A DNA stretch of 36,107 nucleotides from a virus. Positions 1 to 8,046 of this stretch are shown here, piece by piece. The notes below the pieces were generated by a model. The model was not told the DNA's origin, ran no database searches, and saw only the letters and a program-made list of their open reading frames with translations. The position numbers and the translations under genes are program-made. The stretch is taken from IMG/VR virus record IMGVR_UViG_3300025502_000077. One strand, written 5' to 3'. Numbering within the stretch: the first letter of the stretch is position 1; each line of letters opens with the position of its first letter.

Positions 1-127
1 ACTAAGCTAGATGGCATTGAAGCCTTAGCAGATGTTACAGATGTAACCAACGTCACAGCCGCTGGTGCTTTGATGGACTCAGAGCTTACTAGCATTGCAA
101 GCGTTAAAGCTCTTGACCAAGGCGTAG
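1..127. repeat. Left copy of a 127-bp exact duplication (identical to 35981-36107); closure overlap of a circular or permuted phage genome
   Basis: Read directly: ACTAAGCTAGATGGCATTGAAGCC...CTTGACCAAGGCGTAG occurs at both window ends. Unique length is therefore 35,980 bp. Confidence 0.95.
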
Positions 128-1833
128 CTACTACTGATAGCCCTACGTTTGCGGCAATAGACGTTACCGGCACAGCCACGATGGATGGGCTTTTGGTTGA
201 AGGAGAAACAGCAGGTCAAGGGGCTTCTATAGAAGTACACGCAACTACTGCAGAGTTTGGTGATGCTCTTTTAATTGCAAAATCAGATAACGCAAGTGAT
301 TCTATTCATGCAGGAGTAAAGATTCAGGGAAGTAACAATCCTTTTTACATCTATCAATCTAACGGCTCGAACACTAATAAGTTAAGGTTTAATTATAATT
401 CGATGTCCGATGCAGGTGGTCAAATGACTATAGCCTCCAACGGAGACATCAGCTTCTACGAGGACACAGGCACAACGGCTAAGTTCTTCTGGGATGCGTC
501 TGCGGAGGCTTTGGGTATTGGCACTAGTAGTGTAGATAGTTTATTACACTTGTCAAAAGCCTCTGGTGGGTCAATTATACGATTAGAAAACCCAGATACT
601 GGTCTTTCTAGCTCCGAAATTGTTGGTAGAATTGAATTTGAAACTCAAGACAATGGCGGGGCTGGTGTTAATTCTTACATTCAAGCCGTTGGTCAAGGCT
701 CAGGAGGCGCTAATCAATTAGAGTTTGGTACAGGCACTAGCAACTCACCATCAACACGTTTAGTCATAGACGCTTCAGGCAACGTGTTGGTGGGTAAGTC
801 TGCCTCTAACACAGCTGTCGAAGGGTCTGAGCTTAGAGATGACGGGTCAATTGTAGCCACGCGGGCTGGTGGCATTGCGGCACTGCTTAACCGAACATCC
901 TCTGATGGTGAGATTTTGAGGATTGCAAAAGACGGCACAACTGTTGGGTCATGGCAGTCAAGAGCAGGGTTAGTTTCTACTATTATTCTCGACCCAAGAT
1001 CAAATGGCGCAGGACTCAGCGGCGGTGGCAATGCTATTTTCCCTACTAGCAATACAGGTGCTTTACTTAACGATCATGTGGACTTGGGGAACGCGGATTA
1101 TAAATTCAAAGACGCATACCTATCAGTCGGTTTACGCGGTGATACACTTAAATTTAGCTCAAATGCTGGCACAGAACGTATGCGCATAGACTCCAGCGGT
1201 CGATTAAACGTAGGCGTAACTAGCGGTTCCTTTAACGCTAGGATTACGTCTTACAGCTCATCTAGCTATACTTTTGAGTCTGTTAGAACAGGAACAGGGA
1301 ATGAAGGCCATGTTGTTTTTAAGAACGGCAATGGCGCTGTCGGCTTAATCACAACCAATGGCTCTGCTACCGCTTACGGCACTTCCTCAGACTATAGGCT
1401 AAAAGAAGACCTACAGCCAATGACAGGCTCTATTGACAGAGTTAAAGCATTGAAGCCTTGGAACTTTGCGTGGAAGATAGACGGCTCTCGCGTTGATGGC
1501 TTTATGGCTCACGAAGCCCAAGAGGTTGTTGCTAACTGCGCTACTGGCACTAAAGACGCTATGAAAGACGAAGAGTACGAAGTTACTGCGGCTACAGGCG
1601 ATATATACACAGCGGCGGTTGATGCCGTTGATGAGATTATCCATAGCTCAGACGTAGTTGAGCCTGAAACACTTGAGGAAGGTCAGCAATGGAGACAGAC
1701 CACTGCACAAGTAATGGACACTCGGAATATCCCCGATTATCAAGGCATAGACCAATCTAAACTAGTGCCTCTTTTAGTGTCGGCTTTACAAGAAGCTATC
1801 GCAAGAATTGAAACCTTAGAAGCAGGAGAATAA
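1..1833 (+). CDS. Tail fibre protein, C-terminal part (continuation of 35828-36107 across the junction; about 661 aa in total), with a C-terminal S74-type intramolecular chaperone domain
   Basis: The frame is open from nt 1 and in phase with the ATG at 35828 via the 35,980 offset. The body is Gly/Ser/Thr-rich and beta-like. The C-terminus SSDYRLKEDL...GFMAHEAQEV...LVPLLVSALQEAIARIETLE (nt 1384-1833) matches the SDxRxK auto-cleaving chaperone motif of endosialidase-type tail spikes. Confidence 0.85.
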   Translation, partial: TKLDGIEALADVTDVTNVTAAGALMDSELTSIASVKALDQGVATTDSPTFAAIDVTGTATMDGLLVEGETAGQGASIEVHATTAEFGDALLIAKSDNASDSIHAGVKIQGSNNPFYIYQSNGSNTNKLRFNYNSMSDAGGQMTIASNGDISFYEDTGTTAKFFWDASAEALGIGTSSVDSLLHLSKASGGSIIRLENPDTGLSSSEIVGRIEFETQDNGGAGVNSYIQAVGQGSGGANQLEFGTGTSNSPSTRLVIDASGNVLVGKSASNTAVEGSELRDDGSIVATRAGGIAALLNRTSSDGEILRIAKDGTTVGSWQSRAGLVSTIILDPRSNGAGLSGGGNAIFPTSNTGALLNDHVDLGNADYKFKDAYLSVGLRGDTLKFSSNAGTERMRIDSSGRLNVGVTSGSFNARITSYSSSSYTFESVRTGTGNEGHVVFKNGNGAVGLITTNGSATAYGTSSDYRLKEDLQPMTGSIDRVKALKPWNFAWKIDGSRVDGFMAHEAQEVVANCATGTKDAMKDEEYEVTAATGDIYTAAVDAVDEIIHSSDVVEPETLEEGQQWRQTTAQVMDTRNIPDYQGIDQSKLVPLLVSALQEAIARIETLEAGE

Positions 1834-1835
1834 TC

Positions 1836-2153
1836 ATGGCAGTAACTTGGACAATCGCAACACTAGAACGCAACACTTCAGACGATGGCGTAGTAATAGC
1901 ACACTGGCGAGCTAACGATAGCGAAGCAGTAGGCGAAGAAACATACTCAGGCAGCTCTTATGGCACTTGTGGCTTTACGCCTGACAGCACTGCTGACGGC
2001 TACACTGCCTATGCAGACATCACAGAAGCTCAGGCTATTGAGTGGGTCAAAGCATCTATGGGCGAAGAGGCTGTTGAAGCTCTTGAGTCTAGCATTGCTG
2101 CTCAGATCGAAGAGTCTAAAGCACCAGCAACAGCCGCTGGCGTACCTTGGTGA
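1836..2153 (+). CDS. Hypothetical protein (105 aa), fibre-adjacent
   Basis: ATG 8 nt after an AGGAG; tightly packed after the fibre gene; acidic, no motif recognised. Confidence 0.6.
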   Translation: MAVTWTIATLERNTSDDGVVIAHWRANDSEAVGEETYSGSSYGTCGFTPDSTADGYTAYADITEAQAIEWVKASMGEEAVEALESSIAAQIEESKAPATAAGVPW

Positions 2154-2347
2154 TGGAGCTGCTTCTAAAGAGCTTAAAGTCTAAGACTGTACAGTTCAGT
2201 ATAGCCCTCGCAGTCCTGAGTATCCTTCAGGGCTACGTTGGGTTCTTACCCGTGTCACCAGCAGGTCAGGCGGCGGTAGGTTGTGTCATAGCTTCCTGCG
2301 TCACTGTGTTGCGCTTTGTAACTACCACGGGTATAGCTGACAAGTAA
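2153..2347 (+). CDS. Small two-TMD membrane protein, class II holin-like (64 aa)
   Basis: The ATG overlaps the upstream stop (TGATG); the track start at 2147 is a TTG. The N-terminal LKSLKSKT is followed by two hydrophobic helices and ...VLRFVTT, a pattern I associate with small proteobacterial phage holins. Confidence 0.45.
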   Translation: MELLLKSLKSKTVQFSIALAVLSILQGYVGFLPVSPAGQAAVGCVIASCVTVLRFVTTTGIADK

Positions 2348-2370
2348 AGTTAACCAAAAGGTGCTGTAAT

Positions 2371-2799
2371 ATGTTAGCAGAAATAGCCGCTTGTAACGCA
2401 GCCTTTGCCATTATTAAGACAGCATTAGCTAACGGGAAGGAGTTGTATGATTGTACTGACGCTACTAAGGATTATTTTGAAAACAAAAGCACCGTAGCTA
2501 AACGTGTAGCGTCCAAGGGCAAAAGCGACTTGGATGCTTTCATGGCTCTTGAGAAGATTAAAGAGCAAGAAGAATGGCTGAAGGAATATATGATATATGC
2601 TGGCAGGGCTGACATGTGGCCTGACTGGCTTAGGTTTCAGTCTGACTGTAAGCAACAAAGAGAAAGAGCTGCTAAGTTAGCTGTGCTTAAAAGACACAAT
2701 AATGTAAAGCTAATGAAACAATTTTTTATCTTTATTGGTGTAGCCTTTGCAGTAATACCTGTTTTTATCTACGCTTTAATTTACTTACTCAACAAATAG
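2371..2799 (+). CDS. Tail-anchored membrane protein (142 aa), unknown function
   Basis: GGTG RBS; soluble charged N-terminal ~115 aa, then a single C-terminal TMD (FFIFIGVAFAVIPVFIYALIYLL). Confidence 0.55.
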   Translation: MLAEIAACNAAFAIIKTALANGKELYDCTDATKDYFENKSTVAKRVASKGKSDLDAFMALEKIKEQEEWLKEYMIYAGRADMWPDWLRFQSDCKQQRERAAKLAVLKRHNNVKLMKQFFIFIGVAFAVIPVFIYALIYLLNK

Positions 2800-2811
2800 C
2801 AAGGGATTGTC

Positions 2812-2979
2812 ATGGTCGAAACAACAAAGGAAGTACTTGACGTAGCCGCAGCTTCTACCGCTGTACTTTCAATGGCTGCTTGGTTACCGCCAGCAGCTTC
2901 CATACTTACAATACTTTGGCTTGGTATTAGGATATATGAGTCAGATACTGTACAAAGTATACTAGGGCGTACAAAATGA
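2812..2979 (+). CDS. Small membrane protein (55 aa), holin/antiholin-like; not in the supplied ORF track
   Basis: Translated by hand: MVETTKEVLDVAAASTAVLSMAAWLPPAASILTILWLGIRIYESDTVQSILGRTK. AGGGA RBS. Its stop overlaps the next start (ATGA at 2976-2979). A hydrophobic core is followed by a charged tail. Confidence 0.45.
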   Translation: MVETTKEVLDVAAASTAVLSMAAWLPPAASILTILWLGIRIYESDTVQSILGRTK

Positions 2980-3353
2980 GCATATTGACTGCAATCCTTG
3001 GACCAGTAGCGGGTATAGCTAAGAGCTACCTAAACAACAAAGCTGAAGAAAAGCAAGCCGTACATCAGCGTAAGTTGTCAGTCATAGAGAACGACGCTAA
3101 CTGGGAAGCTAAGATGGCTGAAGCGTCTAAGGACTCCTGGAAGGATGAGTTCTGGACTATTGTTTTAGCTATCCCTATCTTCATGATTGGCTACGCTATT
3201 GCTGCTAATGATGTTACAATCATAGCTAGAGTAGCTACAGCTTTTGAAGCACTAGAAAAATTACCTGAGTGGTATCAATACCTGCTGTTTATAGCTATAT
3301 CATCTAGCTTCGGTATACGCGGAGTTAATAAAATAATGCAGATGAGGAAGTAA
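2976..3353 (+). CDS. Membrane protein resembling the '3-TM holin for gene-transfer release' family (125 aa)
   Basis: N-terminus ILGPVAGIAKSYL, then a charged helix (KAEEKQAV...), then W-rich hydrophobic segments. Family assignment is from memory of the architecture and is not verified. Confidence 0.5.
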   Translation: MSILTAILGPVAGIAKSYLNNKAEEKQAVHQRKLSVIENDANWEAKMAEASKDSWKDEFWTIVLAIPIFMIGYAIAANDVTIIARVATAFEALEKLPEWYQYLLFIAISSSFGIRGVNKIMQMRK

Positions 3354-3355
3354 GA

Positions 3356-6300
3356 ATGGGTCGTGGCAGAGGAAGACAAGAAGCAAGGCGACTTGCTGAA
3401 GAAGAAGCATTACGTAGACTAGCTGCTGGGACGGCTGTGCTGCCTCCTGTAACAGTTCTTCCTTTAGAAGCTCCAAGCACCGTAGCTAACCCTGTTAACT
3501 GGAAAAGCGCGGCTATTAACAAAGATGATAGTTATTTCTCTAGTCAATACGGTGTATATGGTTTAGACGCTCCTGATCCCGATAAAGAAAGCGAAACAGG
3601 TTCTATTGAGGCTGCTTTGTCTCGTTTAGCTAACGCGCCTCAAAGAGAAGCTAACTCTGCAATTTACAGCACGTTTACTGACGAAGAAAGAGTTCTCTCT
3701 ACGCAAACTAATCTTCTTAAAAAATACGGTATTACTTCTGCAAACATTGGTAATAAAGTTTTAACTGACGATCAGATGTTTGAGTTAACTTCTAAGTTAG
3801 ACAATGAAATTACAGACTGGCAGACAACTAACCTAAGCACTCTAGCGTCAGAAGATCCAGAAGCTTTTGCAGCAGAATACGGCAAGCTGTACGAAACATC
3901 ACAGATAAAGTTTTTAAGCTCCTTGTATGAGTCAGGCGCTTTAGATAAAGACGAATACTTAAACGCTTCTGCTCAGACTTTAATGGCAGGCGATAAATAT
4001 AATACAGATGTTTATATAATAGACAAAGGTAAATTGTACGCAGCTCCTTCTAACTCTGCAGGCAACCCTAATTTTTACAGTGAAGTTGTTTTGTTCCCTG
4101 ACCAAGCATCAGGCCAAAATCAATACAACACTTTTAACTATAAAATAGGAAGTCAGTCACCTACCTCTGATTTTGATGCGAGCGGTGTAACTAAGTTCTT
4201 AAATAGCGCTCCTATTAAGATGGCTGCTTCAATGTTGGGGTTACCTGGCGTTGCTGTTTTAACAGGCTTGAAAGCAGCTAACGGAGAGACTCTACACGCA
4301 GAAGACTGGGCTACTTTAGCTATAGCAGGTCTGGGAGAGGTGGCGCAGGCTAAAGGTTTTGATGCAGCAGAAGCAGGTTCTAAAGCAAACGTAGCTGGTA
4401 ACGCCGCTGTTGACTCTGCTATTGCGGAGTATAACGCATACGCTTCTGGGATGCCGGCTGGCACATTTATACCGCCGAATTACACTGCTGTATACGACGC
4501 AGCCTATAATTCTTCAATTGCAGCAAGTGGTGTTACAACTACTTTTATGGGAATTGATCTTGCTAAATTTGCAGAAAACGCTGATTTAAGCACTTCTGTA
4601 AGCCAGGATGTCTTAGACGCTGTCTCTGCTTTAGAAGATGCCGCTAAAGGTCAAGGAGACGGTGTTGTTTATAACTTTCTTGAGGATACAACAAACTCTT
4701 TAGGCGAAGACTTTAATGCTTCAAATATTGACCTTATAATAAGTGCTTTTGATACTGTTGTCAATGACAGGGTTGAAAGAGAAGCTAAAGCTGCTGAAGT
4801 TGCTAGGGTTGCTCAAGAAGCTAGAGTAGCAGAGGAAGCAAGAGTTGCTGAAGAAGCTAGAGTTGCTGAAGAAGCTAGAGTTGCTGCAGAAGCTAAAGCT
4901 GCAGAAGAAGCTAGAGTAGCAGAGGAAGCAAGAGTTGCTGAAGAAGCTAGAGTTGCTGCAGAAGCTAGAGCTGCAGAAGAAGCTAGAGTTATTAGGGACG
5001 CTGAAATAGCAGAAGAAGTTAGGGTTGCAGAAGTAGCGAGATTAGCTGAAGAAGCCGCTAAAGTTGAAAGAGAAGCCGCAGAAGAAGCTGCTAAATTAGC
5101 TGAAGAGGCTGCAAAAAAGGCTGAGGAAGAAGCTATAGCTAACGCTGAAGCAGAGAAACAAGCAGCCCTGGATCTAAAAGCTGCTGCAGAAGCTAAGGCA
5201 GCTCAAGAAGCCGCCGACAGAGCTGAAGCTGCTAGAGTAGAAGAAGCCAGGCTTGCCGAAGAAACAAGAGTTGCTGCAGAAGCTAAAGCTGCAGAAGAAG
5301 CTAGAGTAGCAGAGGAAGCAAGAGTTGCTGAAGAAGCTAGAGTTGCTGCTGAAGCTCAAGCTGCAGAGGAAGCTAGGGCTGCTCAAGAGAAAGCTGAAGA
5401 AGCTGCTAGAGTTGCTGCTGAAATAGCTAAAGCTGCTGAAGAAGAAGCCGCAGCAAACGCTGAAGCAGAGAGACAAGCTGTGTTAGATCTACAAGCAGAG
5501 GCAGACGCTAAGGCTGCTAGAGAAGCAGAAGCTAGAGCTGAAGCTGCCAGAGTAGAGGCTGCTAGAGTTGCTGAAGAAGCTAAAGCGGCTGCTGAGGCTA
5601 AAGCGGCTGCAGAAGCTAAGGCAGCCAAAGAAGCAGAGGAAAGAGCTACAGCCAAAGCTGCTGAAGAAGCGAGAGTTGCTGAAGAAGCTAGAGCTGCAAA
5701 AGAAGCTAAAGACGCCGCAGACGCTAAAGCTGCTGAAGAAGCTGCTAAGACAGCCGCTGAGGTTAAAGCTGCTGAGGAAGCTCAAGCCGCTGCTGACGCT
5801 AAAGCCGAAGAAGATAGAATAGCTGAGGAAGACAGAGTAGCAGAAGAAACTAGGCTTGCTAGAGTTGCTAAAGCTGCTGCAGACGCTCAAGATGCTGCTG
5901 ATGCTGTAGCTAAAGAAGAAGCTAGAGTAGCTAAGGAAGAAGCAGAAGAAGCTTCTAGAAGAGCTGCTGAGATTTCTAAAGCTGCTGAAGAAGAAGCTAA
6001 AGCAAACGCTGAAAAAGAGAAACAAGCAGCCCTAGACTTACAAGCTGAAGCAGACGCTAAGGCTGCTAGAGAAGCTGAAGCTAGAGCTGAAGCTGCTAGA
6101 GTTGAAGAGGTAAGAGTTGCTAAAGCTGCTGTTGATGCTGCTGAAGCTGCCAGAGTTGCAGAGGAAGCTAGAGTTGCACAGGCTGCTGCAGATGCTCAAG
6201 CCGTTACTGACGCTAGAGTTGCAGAAGAAGCTAGAGTTGCTGAAGAAGCTAGAGTTGCTGAAGAAGCTAGAGTTGCTCAAGAACTAGCTGACGCTCAAGT

Positions 6301-7396
6301 TGCTGAAGAAGCTAGAGTTGCTGAAGAAGCTAGAGTTGCTGAAGAAGCTAGAGTTGCTGAAGAAGCTAGAGTTGCTGAAGAAGCTAGAGTTGCTGAAGAA
6401 GAAGCTGCCGCTGCCGAAGTAACCATAACTGATCCAGCAACAGGCGAGGAGATAATAGCCACTCAGCCTGATCAAGTTGAAACAGAGCAGCCTCTGCCTG
6501 ACTTCGAGCTTGATGAAGAACCTATTGTCTTTGAACCACCTACGGACACTTCTGGAGGAGCAGCAGAAGGAGGAGCAAGTGCTGGAGGCGGGGCAGGTGC
6601 TGGTGGAGATGCAGGCGACAGTGCGCCAGTCTCTGATGACATAGTGTTAAGACAGGTGTACGAGGCCGTGTTAGCAGACGAGATTCCTATTGACGAGTAC
6701 ATTAGGATGGGAGGCAGGTTTGTCGATGAGCTACGAGCAGGAGTATCTTTAGAAGACGCTCAAGGTCCGTATGAAGAACCTATTATAGATGACACCCCTA
6801 TTGAGCTTGACAAGACTGGCGAGCCTCTAACTGAAGAAGGTCCGTTGTTCCCTAGCGACTTCTACGAAGATCCTACAGATTCTTCTGTAGGTTCTACAAT
6901 TGACTCAGATCCTGTAACAGTTCCAACAACAGGAACAGTAGACGAAGGTGTAGGCACAGGCGGTGTTGGTATGGATGGCTTAGACGGCCTTGATGGCACA
7001 GATGGTCTTGACGGTTTAGACGGTTTAGACGGCCTCGATGGCTTAGACGGCCTTGACGGAGCTGCTGGAGACCAAGGAGACCAAGGAGACCAAGGAGACC
7101 AAGGAGACCAAGGAGACCAAGGAGACCAAGGAGACCAAGGAGACCAAGGAGACCAAGGAGACCAAGGAGACCAAGGAGACACTGGCGAACAGGGGCTACA
7201 GGGCGAGAAAGGGGAACAAGGCATGATGTCACCTACTAGAACTACTGATATGGTGTTTGCAGACCTGTTTAAATCTAAAATAGACATTGGCAGTAACCAG
7301 GTAGTTTCTCCTTATGTACAGTTACAACAACGAGGCTTGCAAGCTCCTGCTCAGCAAGGAATGCTAACAAACTCTAACAATTTTAGAAGGCGATAA
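3356..7396 (+). CDS. 1346-aa hyper-repetitive structural-module protein: unassigned N-domain, ~550-aa Ala/Glu/Arg helical array, acidic linker, collagen-like (G-X-Y)29, short C-terminal domain
   Basis: Long uninterrupted ORF with a GAGGAA RBS 6 nt upstream. The coding frame is supported by non-repetitive flanks. It lies between the membrane-protein cluster and the tail-tubular genes. Confidence 0.9.
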   Translation: MGRGRGRQEARRLAEEEALRRLAAGTAVLPPVTVLPLEAPSTVANPVNWKSAAINKDDSYFSSQYGVYGLDAPDPDKESETGSIEAALSRLANAPQREANSAIYSTFTDEERVLSTQTNLLKKYGITSANIGNKVLTDDQMFELTSKLDNEITDWQTTNLSTLASEDPEAFAAEYGKLYETSQIKFLSSLYESGALDKDEYLNASAQTLMAGDKYNTDVYIIDKGKLYAAPSNSAGNPNFYSEVVLFPDQASGQNQYNTFNYKIGSQSPTSDFDASGVTKFLNSAPIKMAASMLGLPGVAVLTGLKAANGETLHAEDWATLAIAGLGEVAQAKGFDAAEAGSKANVAGNAAVDSAIAEYNAYASGMPAGTFIPPNYTAVYDAAYNSSIAASGVTTTFMGIDLAKFAENADLSTSVSQDVLDAVSALEDAAKGQGDGVVYNFLEDTTNSLGEDFNASNIDLIISAFDTVVNDRVEREAKAAEVARVAQEARVAEEARVAEEARVAEEARVAAEAKAAEEARVAEEARVAEEARVAAEARAAEEARVIRDAEIAEEVRVAEVARLAEEAAKVEREAAEEAAKLAEEAAKKAEEEAIANAEAEKQAALDLKAAAEAKAAQEAADRAEAARVEEARLAEETRVAAEAKAAEEARVAEEARVAEEARVAAEAQAAEEARAAQEKAEEAARVAAEIAKAAEEEAAANAEAERQAVLDLQAEADAKAAREAEARAEAARVEAARVAEEAKAAAEAKAAAEAKAAKEAEERATAKAAEEARVAEEARAAKEAKDAADAKAAEEAAKTAAEVKAAEEAQAAADAKAEEDRIAEEDRVAEETRLARVAKAAADAQDAADAVAKEEARVAKEEAEEASRRAAEISKAAEEEAKANAEKEKQAALDLQAEADAKAAREAEARAEAARVEEVRVAKAAVDAAEAARVAEEARVAQAAADAQAVTDARVAEEARVAEEARVAEEARVAQELADAQVAEEARVAEEARVAEEARVAEEARVAEEARVAEEEAAAAEVTITDPATGEEIIATQPDQVETEQPLPDFELDEEPIVFEPPTDTSGGAAEGGASAGGGAGAGGDAGDSAPVSDDIVLRQVYEAVLADEIPIDEYIRMGGRFVDELRAGVSLEDAQGPYEEPIIDDTPIELDKTGEPLTEEGPLFPSDFYEDPTDSSVGSTIDSDPVTVPTTGTVDEGVGTGGVGMDGLDGLDGTDGLDGLDGLDGLDGLDGLDGAAGDQGDQGDQGDQGDQGDQGDQGDQGDQGDQGDQGDQGDTGEQGLQGEKGEQGMMSPTRTTDMVFADLFKSKIDIGSNQVVSPYVQLQQRGLQAPAQQGMLTNSNNFRRR
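4771..6418 (+). repeat. Coding repeat array encoding the EEARVA-type helix (hexapeptide units, three larger super-repeats, long exact duplicates)
   Basis: There is an exact 83-nt duplicate at 4877-4959 and 5267-5349 (offset 390 nt). The block ...AEEEA(I/A/K)ANAE(A/K)E(K/R)QA(A/V)LDL(K/Q)A... recurs three times, at about 5116, 5440 and 5988. Confidence 0.9.
6218..6401 (+). repeat. 18-bp tandem repeats GTTGCTGAAGAAGCTAGA (3 copies at 6218-6271, first copy has one substitution; 5 perfect copies at 6299-6388, plus a partial copy)
   Basis: Counted directly in the sequence; each unit encodes VAEEAR. Confidence 0.9.
6959..7222 (+). repeat. Collagen-like G-X-Y tract (29 triplets), including a perfect 9-bp microsatellite GGAGACCAA x12 at 7067-7174 (GDQ)
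   Basis: Triplets read GGV GMD GLD GLD GTD (GLD)x6 GAA (GDQ)x12 GDT GEQ GLQ GEK GEQ. The GLD codons vary synonymously, whereas the GDQ units are nucleotide-identical. Confidence 0.9.
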
Positions 7397-7398
7397 TA

Positions 7399-8046
7399 AT
7401 GACATACCTACAATTAGTAAACAGTGTTCTACGGAGACTCAGAGAAGAAGAAGTAAGCACTGTAGGACAGACCAGCTATTCTAAGCTTGTTGGAGAGTTT
7501 ATTAATGATGCTAAGCGAACTGTAGAAGATACCTGGGACTGGTCAGCTTTACGAAGCACGTTAACTGTTACCACCACTCCTGATGTTTTTAACTACAACC
7601 TTACAGGCTCTCAAGACCGCATTAAAGTTCTTGACGTTGTTAATGACACTTCTGACTGGTTCATGGAGTATCGTGCAGCACACTGGATGACAGCAGCTTA
7701 CTTGATTGAGACTCCGCCTCTAGGCGCTCCTCAGTTCTATAGCTGGAATGGTATAGACACTAACGGCGACAGCGCTGTTGATGTCTACCCTGCTCCTAAC
7801 GGCGTGTACAACCTATACTTTAACGTGGTGCTGAGAACAGCAGATTTAGCAGAAGACACTGACAGGATGTTTATACCTTCTTCTCCTGTTATACAGCTGG
7901 CTACTGCACTAGGCGCTAGAGAGCGTGGAGAGACAGGCGGTACTTCTGCTTCTGAGTTGTTCTCACTGGCTGGTAGAACATTGTCAGACGCTGTAGCACT
8001 CGACGCTGCTAAACACCCTGAAGAGACTATTTGGACGACTGTATAA
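7399..8046 (+). CDS. Putative tail tubular protein A / adaptor-like protein (215 aa)
   Basis: Gene order (upstream of the nozzle-like and internal proteins). The N-terminus MTYLQLVNSVLRRLREE... resembles the N-terminal helix of podoviral gp11-type proteins. By-eye call only. Confidence 0.45.
   Translation: MTYLQLVNSVLRRLREEEVSTVGQTSYSKLVGEFINDAKRTVEDTWDWSALRSTLTVTTTPDVFNYNLTGSQDRIKVLDVVNDTSDWFMEYRAAHWMTAAYLIETPPLGAPQFYSWNGIDTNGDSAVDVYPAPNGVYNLYFNVVLRTADLAEDTDRMFIPSSPVIQLATALGARERGETGGTSASELFSLAGRTLSDAVALDAAKHPEETIWTTV

Noticed and set aside
714-1644. Nested or antisense ORFs within large genes (714-1052 -, 1004-1189 +, 1411-1644 -). The same applies to those inside nrdJ, terL, portal, primase-helicase, polymerase and the 983-aa gene.
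   Set aside because: They are fully contained in strongly supported CDSs, have no RBS, and their composition is typical of antisense or off-frame translation.
7067-7174. Perfect short tandem repeats that could be mistaken for a CRISPR-like array
   Set aside because: The units are 9 bp with no spacers and lie in frame within a coding sequence. No cas genes are present.
5174-7287. Many long antisense and alternate-frame ORFs inside the 1346-aa gene (e.g. 5174-5476, 5383-5655, 5489-6025, 5568-5822, 6038-6280, 6284-6475, 6862-7287, 6894-7232), encoding Ser/Phe-, Leu/Lys- or Pro/Trp/Ser-rich repeats
   Set aside because: They are shadows of the codon-periodic GAA/GCT/AGA/GTT and GGAGACCAA repeats, which lack stop codons in several frames. 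None has an RBS or non-repetitive sequence.
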